Part shown: positions 22,954 through 36,319 of the stretch, in pieces
How positions within the stretch are numbered: the stretch's first letter is position 1
Layout: each line of letters begins with the position of its first letter
DNA from: Nemertoderma westbladi
Lineage: Eukaryota > Animalia > Xenacoelomorpha
Assembly (NCBI GenBank): GCA_032718475.1
Contig: JAUCBJ010002890.1
Coordinates: 1 to 52,933, forward strand
Direction: 5' to 3'
DNA: 52,933 nucleotides
Program-made: the position numbers and the translations under genes
The notes under the pieces: model-generated
Databases searched by the model: none
The model's input: the letters and a program-made list of their open reading frames with translations, nothing else
What the model was told of the DNA's origin: nothing

Positions 22954-23377
22954 TACCGGTAATACAGTAATAGGCCTACCGCATGGCAGTATCAAGTATG
23001 GCATACCGCTTATTCGGTTATTTAGAATACAGATTACCTATCTGACTATAGATAGATATACTAGCCTACCGGTCTGCCGGTAGCGGTCCTATATGGAATA
23101 CTGACAAAAAGCGCGCCACACGCGTTCTGGTTATACGAAAATCGCGCCAGCCATGATATCTAATGCGCGCCAAGCCAACAATTGACTATGAAATTTTGCA
23201 GTAATTGCTTAATTTTAATAATTTATCAGTTTATAATGCTGTAGCCCTACAGTAACAGTAGGCCTATTTTAACATTAAAATGCGAGCGTAGCGAGCAAGG
23301 AAATTTTCCAATTATGTTAAACATAAATACAGTCTGACAGTAATAGTCAGATAGTGCTGTAGTTGTATAGTAGTAGG

Positions 23378-24286
23378 CCAGGTTGGAATTCATGCATGAG
23401 CGCGCAGGTACGCTTTGTTGTTTTGAAATCACCGCGCACCTGAAATTGGCTCGTCGCGCACCTCATCATATGTCATAATCCAAACAAAATCGCGCAGCTC
23501 ATGTCATGCATATCTCAAAAAATCGCACAGTCTGACAGTTCATAAGAACAATTTTACATTCCTATTTTACAAGTTTGAGCGTTTTAAGCTTATCTTTACG
23601 TCTGTCTGTCTGTACGTTGAATCTAGGCTTACATAATAAATGTAATTTTTGCAACATCAAAATTGTTAATATTAAAAAATATTTTTTTAATCCACTACTA
23701 TGGTGGCCCATCGGGCTCACTGCTTTTATAACAGAAAATATTATTTTAGATTACAAACAAAACATGTACCGGTAATTTCAAAAAAACGAATATTGAAATA
23801 GGTACCAGTCTGCCAATAATACTTTGTATAGGCCTACCTAACAATTAGGCTTAAACATACAGTTGGCTTATAATTAAGTCATACTTATAATACATTGTTA
23901 CTTTCAGACTTTACCTGTTTACTAACGTAACATCGGCATAGCATAGACCTAATAACAATACAACAATAGAGTACTGTAGTTAAAATAAATAGACAAATTC
24001 AGCTCCGGTTGCCGGTATTACAGTATTATGGTGAAGTGATTTGACTGTTTGAAGAATTGGAAATGAGGAACTAATGCGAGCGCAGCGAGCGAAATTTTTT
24101 GTGTATTTTCGTGATTTCAATTAATTTGTGGTGCGCATCAGAGGCAGAGCTGCGCGCTGAGGCGCAACGCGCACCTGTCTCACACCCGAACGCGCACCTG
24201 TCTCACCCAAACGCGCAACGCGCATCTGGTTTGCGGTCATTCGCGCAGGTACGCGTCCGAGTTTTGCAGCATGAATTCCAACCTGG
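23378..24286. mobile_element. Non-autonomous DNA transposon (909 bp) with 18-bp TIR and 8-bp TSD (hAT-like TSD length)
   Basis: CCAGGTTGGAATTCATGC...GCATGAATTCCAACCTGG flanked by GTAGTAGG (23370-23377 and 24287-24294). Subterminal CGCGCA repeats. A related right end at ~24891-24906. Confidence 0.85.
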
Positions 24287-25047
24287 GTAGTAGGTCAACG
24301 TCAACTGACTGTTTATAAATGCAGATGTGATCAAGATGCGAGCGTAGCGAGCACGAAAATTTTAACATTTCAGCATTTAAAGTAGGCAAACCGACTGTTT
24401 TCAAATGCAGATGTCATTAAATTGCGAGCTGACGAGCGTAGCGAGCACGGAAATTCTGCTGAATCATGCAGGCTGTCATGATTTTATTGGTTTGAAGAAT
24501 CTGACAATTGGAAAACTTTTGAAACAAGTCATGTTTTTAATGGTCATGCTCAATCTGTCTGTTTCCATTTGTCCACAGCGAGACAGTGCTAAGAGTAGGC
24601 TTACAGTATAAATGCGAGCGAAGCGAGCGGACATTTTTCAATCTTTTTAAACCTATGGAATAATTTCAAATAGAGCTGTAGAGTGGGATGTGTTGCTAGT
24701 GCACTGCTACGCAACCTCCTACTGTCCTAACCTAACCCTACATCCATATTCGCGCCAGGAACGCCAGGATCCTCAATGCGCGCCACACGCCCCTGTCACT
24801 ACGCGCCAGGATCCTTAATCCGCGCCACACGCCCCTGTCACTACGCGCCAGGATCCTTAATCCGCGCCACACATGTTGAGCAAACTCTACATAAATTCCA
24901 ACCTGGGTAGCGGTAGGCCTACCTACTCGTTTTTATATGGGTTCTTGGCTCTTGCTGTTTGTTGAAAGTGCAGTTAGAGTTAATGCACAGTACAGCAGTA
25001 TATATTTTTTTGATTTGCGTTTTATACTTTCTATTCTACTGTTCTAG

Positions 25048-25968
25048 GCCGTACTCAAAGGACGTCGAGGCTGCAATCAAGGCAAACCGCGAAACAGAAC
25101 GCTAACAAACCGCCGATTTCGGGCAGAACTGCCAACTCAAAACCAACGCCATCCAAATCTCCCGGGGCAGGAAAAGTTAATTCGGACTTTGTGCACTCTA
25201 AACCACGCAAAGCGACACCCCTCCAGTCACCCGGAACTAATGTCGGCACTTCCGATCGTGTAACCCGGAACCGCGGGAAACTCCCAGCGGTCGGTACGCG
25301 GTCCTCCAGTCGCCGCGCAGCAGCTGTCCTCGGAACTCCTTCCAGCGCTCATACATTCTCCATCGAGTGTCGCAACAGCGAGAAAACCACCCCAGTGAAG
25401 CAGAACAGCCGTAAGACGCGTAACGCGTCTGCGGCACGTCTGGACGGTATTACGCCAAACGAGAAAGTCAGTCGTTGGTTGGAGAAGAGTTTATCGAAAG
25501 AAAGTAAAGTGGACGACGCGGTGGATGCAGCTGATCTAGCAGAAGTTGTTGGAGAGATACCATCACCTGCGGTTGGGTCTCCTGGTGTCGATGTCCTGGA
25601 AGATTCCCAGTTGTGGCGGAGGAGACGGGCTGGTTCCGAGGCGCCATCTAGTGATAGCTTTCCGTACACACAGGAAGCGAGGGAACGAATGCAACGCGAA
25701 TTAATGGATAGGAAGACGGCGGCCAAAGCGCTGCCTAAGAAACGAGTTGGGGGCATTATAGACGATGTTTACGAGTTTGAGGCGAGCCAACCGGGAGTAG
25801 AAGAGGGTCGGTCTAAACGGGCGCGGGGAGCTGCGCCGGCTCCGAGACGTTCTGTAGCGCCGCGTAAATCGGCGACCGAAAAGGCGAGACTAGCGGAGAT
25901 CGCCGATATTAGCAGGGAAATACGGGAGTGTGAGAAGTATCGGCTGGTGACGAACGAAACGAGAAAAC
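25048..25968 (+). CDS. Internal host exon (phase 1/1) encoding a Ser/Arg/Lys-rich, probably disordered segment with SQ motifs
   Basis: Acceptor TTCTACTGTTCTAG|, open frame throughout, donor C|GTGAGT at 25969. Splices in frame to 28577. Confidence 0.75.
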
Positions 25969-26181
25969 GTGAGTAACCAATATTCCGCATCCAATAATAT
26001 TAATTCATATTATAAGTAAATACTTTTGAACTTTGTGGTTTTAAGTATTCTGAATAGTTCGGACGAAAATATCAATAGAGGGGTCGCACGTTGTGGATCG
26101 AATTAGATGAAGCTAACAATTCCTAAGGCGAATCGTTTTACGACCTCGTCTTGTCGATTTAGAGTTTTTACTATTATTGTT

Positions 26182-28471
26182 CAGGTGAGTGGGAATGCAG
26201 CTCGGCAGCAGGTGAGTGGGAATGCAGCTCGGCAGTAGGTGAGTGGGAATGCAGCTCTGAAACAGTGAGTGGGAATGCAGCTCTGTAGCTGGTGAGTGGG
26301 AATGCAGCTCTCAAGCAGGTGCGTGGGAATGCAGCCCTGTAGCAGGTGAGTGGGAATGCAGCTCTCTAGCAGGTGAGTGGGAATGCAGCTCTCTAGCAGG
26401 TGAGTGGGAATGCAGCTCTGTAGCAGGTGAGTGGGAATGCAGCTCTGAAACAGTGAGTGGGAATGCAGCTCTGTAGCAGGTGAGTGGGAATGCAGCTCTG
26501 TAGCAGGTGAGTGGAATGCAGCTCTGTTAGCAGGTGAGTGGCAATGTAGCTCTCTAGCAGGTGCGTGGGAATGCAGCACTGTAGCAGGTGAGTGGGAATG
26601 TAGCTCTGTAGCAGGTGAGTGGGAATGCAGCTCTGTAGCAGGTGAGTGGAATGCAGCTCTGTTAGCAGGTGAGTGGGAATGCAGCTCTGAAACAGTGAGT
26701 GGGAATGCAGCTCTGTAGCAGGTGAGTGGGAATGCAGCTCTGTAGCAGGTGAGTGGAATGCAGCTCTGTAGCAGGTGAGTGGGAATGCAGCTCTGAAACA
26801 GTGAGTGGGAATGCAGCTCTGTAGCAGGTGAGTGCGAATGCAGCTCTGTAGCAGGTGAGTGGAATGCAGCTCTGTAGCAGGTGAGTGGGAATGCAGCTCT
26901 GAAACAGTGAGTGGGAATACAGCTCTGTAGCAGGTGAGTGGGAATGCAGCTCTGTAGCAGGTGAGTGGAATGCAGCTCTGTTAGCAGGTGAGTGGCAATG
27001 TAGCTCTCTAGCAGGTGCGTGGGAATGCAGCACTGTAGCAGGTGAGTGGGAATGCAGCACTGTAGCAGGTGAGTGGGAATGTAGCTCTGTAGCAGCAGCA
27101 GGTGAGTGGGAATGCAGCTCTCTAGCAGGTGAGTGGGAATGCAGCTCTCTAGCAGGTGGTGAGTGGGAATGCAGCTCTGTAGCAGGTGAGTGGGAATGCA
27201 GCTCTGTAGCAGGTGAGTGGAATGCAGCTCTGTTAGCAGGTGAGTGGCAATGTAGCTTTCTAGCAGGTGCGTGGGAATGCAGCTCTCTAGCAGGTGCGTG
27301 GGAATGCAGCACTGTAGCAGGTGAGTGGGAATGTAGCTCTGTAGCAGCGGCAGGTGAGTGGGAATGCAGCTCTCTAGCAGGTGAGTGGGAATGCAGCTCT
27401 CTAGCAGGTGAGTGGGAATGCAGCTCTGTAGCAGGTGAGTGGGAATGCAGCTCTGAAACAGTGAGTGGGAATACAGCTCTGTAGCAGGTGAGTGGGAATG
27501 CAGCTCTGTAGCAGGTGAGTGGAATGCAGCTCTGTTAGCAGGTGAGTGGGAATCTAGCTCTGTAGCAGGTGGGTGGGAATGCAGCTCTGTAGCATGTGAG
27601 TGGGAATGCAGCTCTGTAGCTGGTGAGTGGGAATGTAGCTCTGTAGCAGGTGAGTGGGAATGCAGCTCTATAGCAGGTGAGTGGGAATGCAGCTCTGTAG
27701 CAGGTGAGTGGGAATGCAGCTCTGTAGCAGGTGAGTGGGAATGCACCTTGTAGCAGGTGAGTGGGAATGCAGCTCTGTAGCAGGTGAGTGGGAATGCAGG
27801 TCTGTAGTAGGTGAGTGGGAATGCAGCTCTGTTGCAGGTGAGTGGCAATGCAGCTCTGTAGCAGGTGAGTGGGAATGAAGCTCTGTAGCAGGTGAGTGGG
27901 AATGCAGCTCTGTAGCAGGTGAGTGGGAATGCAGCTATGTAGCAGGTGAGTGGGAATGCAGCTCTGTAGCTGGTGAGTGGGAATACAGCTCTGTAGCAGG
28001 TGAGTGGAATGCAGCTCTGTAGCTGGTGAGTGGGAATGCAGCTCTGTAACAGGTGAGTTGGAATGCAGCTCTGTAGCAGGGGAGTGGGAATGCAGCTCTG
28101 ATACAGTGTGTGGGAATGCAGCTCTCTAGCAGGTGAGTGGCAATGCAGCTCTGTTGCAGGTGAGTGGCAATGCAGCTCTGTAGCAGGTGAGTGGGAATGC
28201 AGCTCTGTAGCAGGTGAGTGGGAATGCAGCTATGTAGCAGGTGAGTGGGAATGCAGCTCTGTAGCTGGTGAGTGGGAATACAGCTCTGTAGCAGGTGAGT
28301 GGGAATGCAGCTCTATAGCAGGTGAGTGGAATGCAGCTCTGTAGCTGGTGAGTGGGAATGCAGCTCTGTAGCAGGTGAGTTGGAATGCAGCTCTGTAGCA
28401 GGGGAGTGGGAATGCAGCTCTGATACAGTGTGTGGGAATGCAGCTCTCTAGCAGGTGAGTAGGAATGCAGC
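26182..28471. repeat. Minisatellite B, 27-bp unit GCAGGTGAGTGGGAATGCAGCTCTGTA, intronic
   Basis: Continuous tandem array with 26-30 bp variants, lying between the two host exons. Confidence 0.97.
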
Positions 28472-28576
28472 CAAACAAGACAGAACAGACATGAAAATTT
28501 AATAAACAAATTCCGAATGAAATGAATTCAATTATTACCAATATTGTACGACATTAATCTGATTAATTATTTTCAG

Positions 28577-29606
28577 CTCCGACGAGGTCCGAGGTGCCCC
28601 AACAGGATCCAGTCTTCCCACCCGAGTACTCGCGCTCTAACAGCAGTCGTCAACGGTCCTCCAGGTCAGCTAATAGGAACCAATCAGGTAACAGCAAACA
28701 AACACCAATCAACCAATCGGAGGCCATCAAGCAATCACCAATACGAAATACAAAATCGAAGAAGCAAACAAATACAAATAAACAATCAAATTTGGTTCAA
28801 TCAGAGACCGACAAACTTCGACATACAAATGAACTCAACCAATCCGATGTTAGGACACCGCTCTTGGTGGACAAATCCACTACCAGCAAACAATCGCCGC
28901 AGAGTAATCAGCGGCGGGTTACGTTTGAGAGCGATAAAATAATGGATGATTGGTTTGGTTTCTGCGACCCACCTAAATCAACTCGAACAGACGTTGCGGT
29001 ACCGCAGTCGGTGATTCGAACAGCTGTTATTCAACCAGTTACTACAACAACTGTGAATAAAGCCGTTAACACAACTGTTTCAACCACAGCTGTGAATAAA
29101 TCCGCTAAAGTAACAGCTGCTAAACTCGACTCAACAGATGTTGCGATTAAACCCGTCGCAGTGTCCAATTGCGATGTATTTGAGTTCGAAGCAAGTCAAC
29201 CGATAGGTGAGGAGGTGCGGGCCAAACCCGGTAGAAAATGTTCCTCAAGACCCCGGTCTGTAACAGCTGCCACAATTAAAACAGTTTCGGTAACAACAGC
29301 TGATGTAACTCACTCAGTTACAACAACGACTTCTAAGGAAAGCACCGGAACTTCTAAATGTCGTCTCCTTGACAAATTTAAAGATTCACATGTTGAAGAA
29401 TTCGAAAGTCCTTGTGTCTATAAACCTGGCGTCATTGTAACTGGTAAAATATATCCAAAGGAGGCCGGTTTGGTTAATAGAGATATGGAGTTGCGGCAGA
29501 CACGTCCCACTAGATCGCGACGCAGACGAACTAAGGCCTTGGATTTAACCGACTCCTCTTTGCACGAAGGACATGACGTCACTGCGCTGTCATTGGGGAA
29601 CAAAAG
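28577..29606 (+). CDS. Next host exon (phase 1/2), Ser/Thr/Gln-rich, probably disordered
   Basis: Acceptor TTATTTTCAG|CT continues the phase-1 frame into the 28594 ORF. Probable donor AAG|GTTGGT at 29607. Shares the DV(Y/F)EFEASQP motif with the previous exon. Confidence 0.72.
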
Positions 29607-30214
29607 GTTGGTGATTTTCTCTCCGTTATAAGCAAATGGTTTTTTTGACGATTGATGTTTCAATTTGATAAATAGTTAGATTAATTCAAAATAGATTAGA
29701 ACTACTTTACTTCACAATTACCCATCAAATAGTATAATCACGTCCCTGAAGCCGAACAACCCCGTATTATTTTTAATCAAATCTTACCATATAGTAGCGT
29801 CGTCCATCGAATTTGTAAAATATGTCGATCGATTATCTATAACTTTCGATTATTGCAAATATAATAATATATTTAAATATTTGTTACATTTTTTACTGGA
29901 TATTTGTAAAAGGTCTTTGTAAAATGAAGCTAATAAATACTTGGTGTGAAAATAATGAAAAATGTTGGCTTTAATAAATCAATGGAGTGAGTCAGTATAC
30001 CAATGCAATGCACAAATTAGAACTTTTTTCCAAAATTTATCATTACAAAATTACACAAAAATTTTAATTATTAACAAACTGGATTTAAAACTTTTTTTGT
30101 TAAAGAAAAATAACGTTTTATTCTATATGGCAGAAAGTTATAATTCATTAGTAAAAATTAATCGAAAATAAGAAAGAAAATTAGATTGATTAATCGACTT
30201 ATTTTCTATCAATT

Positions 30215-32390
30215 TTCGACAACCCTAAACAACCCTACCATCTATACTCCGACAACCCTACCATCTATACTCCGACAACCCTACCATCTATACTCCGACA
30301 ACCCTACCATCTATACTCCGACAACCCTACCATCTATACTCCGACAACCCTACCATCTATACTCCGACAACCCTACCATCTATACTCCGACAACCCTACC
30401 ATCTATACTCCGACAACCCTACCATCTATACTCCGACAACCCTACCATCTATACTCCGACAACCCTACCATCTATACTCCGACAACCCTACCATCTCCGC
30501 CAACCCTACCATCTATACTCCGACAACCCTACCATCTATACTCGGACAACCCTACCACATATACTCCGACAACCCTACCATCTATACTCCGACAACCCTA
30601 CCATATATACTCCGACAACCCTACCATCTATACTCCGACAACCCTACCATCTATACTCCGACAACCCTACCATATATACTCCGACAACCCTACCATCTAT
30701 ACTCCGACAACCCTACCATCTATACTCCGACAACCCTACCATCTATACTCCGACAACCCTACCATCTATACTCCGACAACCCTACCATCTATACTCCGAC
30801 AACCCTACCATCTATACTCCGACAACCCTACCATCTATACTCCGACAACCCTACCATCTATACTCCGACAACCCTACCATCTATACTCCGACAACCCTAC
30901 CATCTATACTCCGACAACCCTACCATCTATACTCCGACAACCCTACCATCTATACTCCGACAACCCTACCATCTATACTCCGACAACCCTACCATCTATA
31001 CTCCGACAACCCTACCATATATACTCCGACAACCCTACCATCTATACTCCGACAACCCTACCATCTATACTCCGACAACCCTACCATCTATACTCTGACA
31101 ACCCTACCATCTATACTCCGATAACCCTACCATCTATACTCCGACAACCCTACCATCTATACTCCGACAACCCTACCATCTCCGCCAACCCTACCATCTA
31201 TACTCCGACAACCCTACCATCTATACTCCGACAACCCTACCATATATACTCCGACAACCCTACCATCTATACTCCGACAACCCTACCATCTATACTCCGA
31301 CAACCCTACCATCTATACTCCGACAACCCTACCATATATACTCCGACAACCCTACCATCTATACTCCGACAACCCTACCATCTATACTCCGACAACCCTA
31401 CCATCTATACTCCGACAACCCTACCATATATACTCCGACAACCCTACCATCTATACTCCGACAACCCTACCATCTATACTCCGACAACCCTACCATCTAT
31501 ACTCTGACAACCCTACCATCTATACTCCGATAACCCTACCATCTATACTCCGACAACCCTACCATCTATACTCCGACAACCCTACCATCTCCGCCAACCC
31601 TACCATCTATACTCCGACAACCCTACCATCTATACTCCGACAACCCTACCATATATACTCCGACAACCCTACCATCTATACTCCGACAACCCTACCATCT
31701 ATACTCCGACAACCCTACCATCTCCGCCAACCCTACCATCTATACTCCGACAACCCTACCATCTATACTCCGACAACCCTACCATCTATACTCCGACAAC
31801 CCTACCATCTATACTCCGACAACCCTACCATATATACTCCGACAACCCTACCATCTATACTCTGATAACCCTACCATCTATACTCCGACAACCCTACCAT
31901 CTATACTCCGACAACCCTACCATCTCCGCCAACCCTACCATCTATACTCCGACAACCCTACCATCTATACTCCGACAACCCTACCATCTATACTCCGACA
32001 ACCCTACCATCTATACTCCGACAACCCTACCATCTATACTCCGACAACCCTACCATCTCCGCCAACCCTACCATCTATACTCCGACAACCCTACCATCTA
32101 TACTCCGACAACCCTACCATCTCCGCCAACCCTACCATCTATACTCCGACAACCCTACCATCTATACTCCGACAACCCTACCATATATACTCCGACAACC
32201 CTACCATCTATACTCCGACAACCCTACCATCTATACTCCGACAACCCTACCATCTATACTCTGACAACCCTACCATCTATATTCCGACAACCCTACCATC
32301 TATACTCCGACAACCCTACCATCTATACTCCGCCAACCCTACCATCTATACTCCGACAACCCTACCATCTATACTCAACCCTACCATCTT
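30215..32390. repeat. Minisatellite C, 23-bp unit TACTCCGACAACCCTACCATCTA, very homogeneous
   Basis: Near-identical tandem copies with occasional 18-bp deletion variants. Confidence 0.97.
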
Positions 32391-32488
32391 TACCCTTTGA
32401 TATTTTCGTTACTCGTACCGTTAGGAAGCTGCCTTACAAGGATTGTCTGCCATGACATCTAGGATATCAGAATGCGGTTAGACCTATA

Positions 32489-33124
32489 TGTAAGCGGATT
32501 CAATTCCACTTCATTACCCACCAGAAAATGGGACTAGTGGCATTTTAGCAATATGTTGGGGATACGAGATTACCAATATTAATCTCGTCTCATAACCAAC
32601 ATTGGGGGGGGGGGGGACCCAAGCCCCAAAGCCACAGAGAAAGGTGAGAGGTCAAACCACCTTGGAGGGGATACAGCTAGTAGAGGCTAGCAGTGGAGGG
32701 GAAACACTCCCAGGGAGTGCCAAAGTGACAAGTAGTATATTAGCCAGTAGTGGGGAGGGAAGCACGTGATAGGGGACAGGAAAGCATCCATTGGGTAGAG
32801 GGCCAAAGGTAGAGTAGGATGTATTCAATGTATTAATCAGATATTATCTTACATTACTGGTTTACCGGTCAGTTGTGTTATTCAGTTCAGTGAGTGCAGA
32901 CAGGTCATAGTTAATGACCGCCACCGCCATACCAGTAACAATTAATCTGTATTTTCTGCCTTTATCTAACTACGTGCTATTATCGTCCATATTAATTAAT
33001 ATCGAAAGACAACAGGAACTTTCACTGTTTTCCTGAATGGCCTCGGCCAAAGCTAGTAGCACGATCCCAGCAGAACGGTGACGCGTACATTTCTAACCCG
33101 GTCGGGATCTCCGATCCCGTCACA
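32489..33124 (+). repeat. 5' LTR of element 2
   Basis: TGTAAGCGG...CCCGTCACA, highly similar to the 3' LTR. Confidence 0.95.
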
Positions 33125-33180
33125 GTCATTAACTCTACCTCCTGCCAATAAACTGTGACTGCAAGAACAAAGAGATCGAG

Positions 33181-35510
33181 ATGAGCGATAGGGAGCCCCG
33201 ATTATCAGAGGGAGAGAGGACGCCGTCGCGGACCCTGGACGATACCAACCAAACGATCCGTGAGGCCACGACGAAATGGTATCGGCCTGCCACGCCGACG
33301 AGAGACGATCCGGCTACCCAAGCGGAGGGCGGCCGTCAACCACAAGGGAGAGACGAGTTGACGCACGACGGCGGTCGGGGTACCGAAGTCGCCAGCCAGC
33401 CACAGGCCAAGGGCAACGGATGGCCCACCGGAACGGTGACGGTGGGGCCGCCGGTACGACGCCGGACGAGGACGGGAGGGGGAGTCGGCGAAGAGGACAT
33501 CGGGACGAGTGATCAGCTACGATGGGCCTTCAACTCCACCAAGAAACTGCTCAAGGAGGCAAAGAAGGGAGAAAGGTAGCCCAGCCTAAACTACATCAGA
33601 GGCTAGGTGAATCGAATAAACATTTTCGATATTTAGTCCGTTTTGGACAGAGAGAACTGGCAAGTGAGAGAGCAAGGGGGGTCGCCACGGAACTGTTTGA
33701 ATTGTGGCGATCCAGGGTAATGGAGCCTGAGGTAGTGTACGTAGGGCCCTACTTAGTGGATGCTAGGGGAATTAAGTGGCGCTGGATCAGCAGGAGTTGG
33801 AGAGGCAACTGGAAGAGGGAACCGCGTTATAAGAGAAAGAGAGAGAGTTAGCGAGGGTATGTAGAGAGAGGGCTGAGAGGGTGACGAGGAACTGTAGGGA
33901 GTGGGAGGAGAGAGAGATAAACAAGCGGGAGGCGAGAATAGAGAAAGAGCGCAAAGAGCGAGAAGCGGAAGAGGCAGCAAGGATAGGGAGGGAAACGAAC
34001 GAACGTAAAGAGCGAGAAGCGAGAGAGGTAGCGAGGGCAAAGAGAGAAACGAACGAGCGTAGAGAGCGGGAGGCGAGGGAGGCAGAATTAGCGAACCAAA
34101 GTTTGCGAGAGGATATAGAGAGAGAGAGCGGGAAAGCGTATGCGGGATGATATGCATGCCCGGTTAAGGGGGCTTATGCAATACCAGGCAAAGCAAAAGC
34201 GCCGATTAGAACTGGCGCAGTTGGGATTATCTGAGAGTGAGGCCGGTTTGGGTAGTATTTATGAGGGATACGAACTCAACGCATCGAATAACATCACCAC
34301 GATAGCGCTGGCACTGCCAATCTGGCTACGGAACAAATGGAGGAAGATCGCCTTCTCCACCCGGGAGAAGAAAGGTGCGGAACCGGGCCTAGAGGAAATT
34401 TCGAACTTCCACAATTACGAAGCGGAGTTGATTACAGACCCAGTCTACAGTGAGGATAGTTTGGGGAAGGCGCTGAAGACCGAATACAACAGGCCTAAAC
34501 CCGAACATAATCCGGCAGATGCATTCCCGAGAGTGAGACAGTCGCTACCACATGCGGCCACGCAGGGGACTACAAGTCCACAGTTAGCTGGGAGTAGGGC
34601 CACACCGTGGCAGGGACAGAAACAAAATAACAACACGAACAAACGTAATCCCAACACACCCAGTAGGCCGAGTCCAAATAATCAAAACACTAAACTGGTA
34701 GATATGAACCTACACGCGATACGTGAAGGGCTGTACAAGGAACGCTACAATCCAGGATACGAATGTCAATTACATAGGGATGGAACCCATAAGACCATGA
34801 GTTGTAAGCATTGGCAAGCGTTGCCTAAACAAGATCGGGTAGCCTACGCGAATACAAACGGACTATGTCATCGATGCGTGGTAGAAGGACACAGATTCGG
34901 AGAGTGTAGAGAAACACCAATAGGAGATGATGAGACTGGAGGCCAAACAATGGCTACGAGCACGATGGGAGCAATGAGAAAGAGGAAAGTACTACTCGGG
35001 GTAGTACCAGTGAGGATAACAGGAAAGGGCAGTCGATCAGTCACGACACTGATGCTGGTCGACAGCGGAGCAGCCTTCACGCTGGTGGAGAATTGGGTGG
35101 CCGAGGAGATAGGGTTACAGACGAGGCCGAGTAGGATGGCAGTAACTACTATCTCGATTAAGGATGAGGTCCTGGAGATGAGAACGGGATGTTGCGAGAT
35201 ATCAGCAATAGCACCAGGATGTGATTATGGGGCGACCATCGACCCCATTCAGATAATAGAATCGATTAATATAAACGCCAGGCGACCCACCAGGATCGAG
35301 GTCGAGCAATACCGGTTCCTGGACGATCTCGATTTCTCAATACCGGAAGTGGATGTCTCGAAGGTATCCATCATAGTCGGAATGGATTGTCCGACGGCCC
35401 ACGAGAGAGTAAGGATCATGTTGTCGGAGACATCAGGGTGCATGCTATCAGGCACTGTTAAGGACGTAAGAGGAGAAACCAGAGACGGGCGATGGGGAGG
35501 TCCCATGTGA
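33181..35510 (+). pseudogene. Decayed gag-protease of element 2
   Basis: ATG at 33181, then stops and frameshifts. R/E coiled coil, LPIWLRNKW...PGLEEISNF, CQLHRDGTHKTMSC, LCHRCVVEGHRFGEC, LLGVVPVRI...MLVDSGAAFTLV, VSIIVGMDCP. Homology to pol ends near SETSGCMLSG (~35455). Confidence 0.85.
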
Positions 35511-36319
35511 GAAGCGGCCCGGGGAAGGATACCAGGAGTTGGGTATGGATCTGGAACCACGCATAGTGGAGTGTGGTGAAAGCATAGAGGATAGTTCCGG
35601 AGAAATACCGTCGGTAGATAAGTTAGGAGGGGAAGTAACAGCAAGAGAGTGGGCGGAGGAGAATGGATTCGACGCGGAAGACTTAGAGATGATGGGATGG
35701 AACAAGGATGTTCCTGGCAACTATCGGTATGAGGATGGAGAAGAGTGGACAGCGAGATGTCCGGAGAAGTGTCTGGAGGAGACGCTGCTCCAGTTGAGAG
35801 CCATACCGAAAAGGGGAAGGTCAAATAAGAAGACAGGGTGGAAAGGGATAGGATTACTATTATCCATTCTGTTTTATCTATTCTTTCGATTTCTTTTCAT
35901 TCTACCGCCAGGTGACGACAAGATGAAGGGTGGCATTTTGCAGCCAGGGGACCATGAGGAAATCAAGAAGGCGACTGGAAGACCCGATTTTAGGGTGGTG
36001 GAGGAGGGAGAATCAATTCCTAGAGAGTTTGAATTAACAAGGAGAGTGGGGCGAAGGATAAGAGGACCTACAGGGAGTCAGTGGGAGAGTGCCTGCTGGA
36101 AGAATCGATGGAAGATCGAGGAATCCCTTGAAGTTTAGTCGTCCAATATGTTGGACTGAGGGGGGTGGGAATGAGGGCGAGTCGCCCTTCCCACACAAAT
36201 ATAAATACGCCCTTCCCACACAAATATAAATAATAAGAAAATAATAAAAATAAGTAGTGAGATAATAGAAAGTTAGAAAGTAATAGTAGTAGATAGTATG
36301 TAGCACTAAGTAAGTAGGC

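Noticed and set aside
26181-27848. 555-aa His/Cys-rich minus-strand ORF
   Set aside because: Open only because the 27-bp unit is a multiple of three. It drifts between frames and is antisense in an intron.
25048-29606. Naming the host gene BRCA1
   Set aside because: Only short motif resemblances. No RING or BRCT exon is visible in the window.
30186-31124. 312-aa ORF (NPTIYTPTTLPSILRQPYHLYSD)n
   Set aside because: Translation of the 23-bp satellite cycling through all three frames.
32425-32455. Possible short terminal exon (RKLPYKDCLP*) of the plus-strand gene, which would put element 2 in its 3' UTR
   Set aside because: Phase-compatible, but the acceptor is weak and the segment too short to distinguish from chance.
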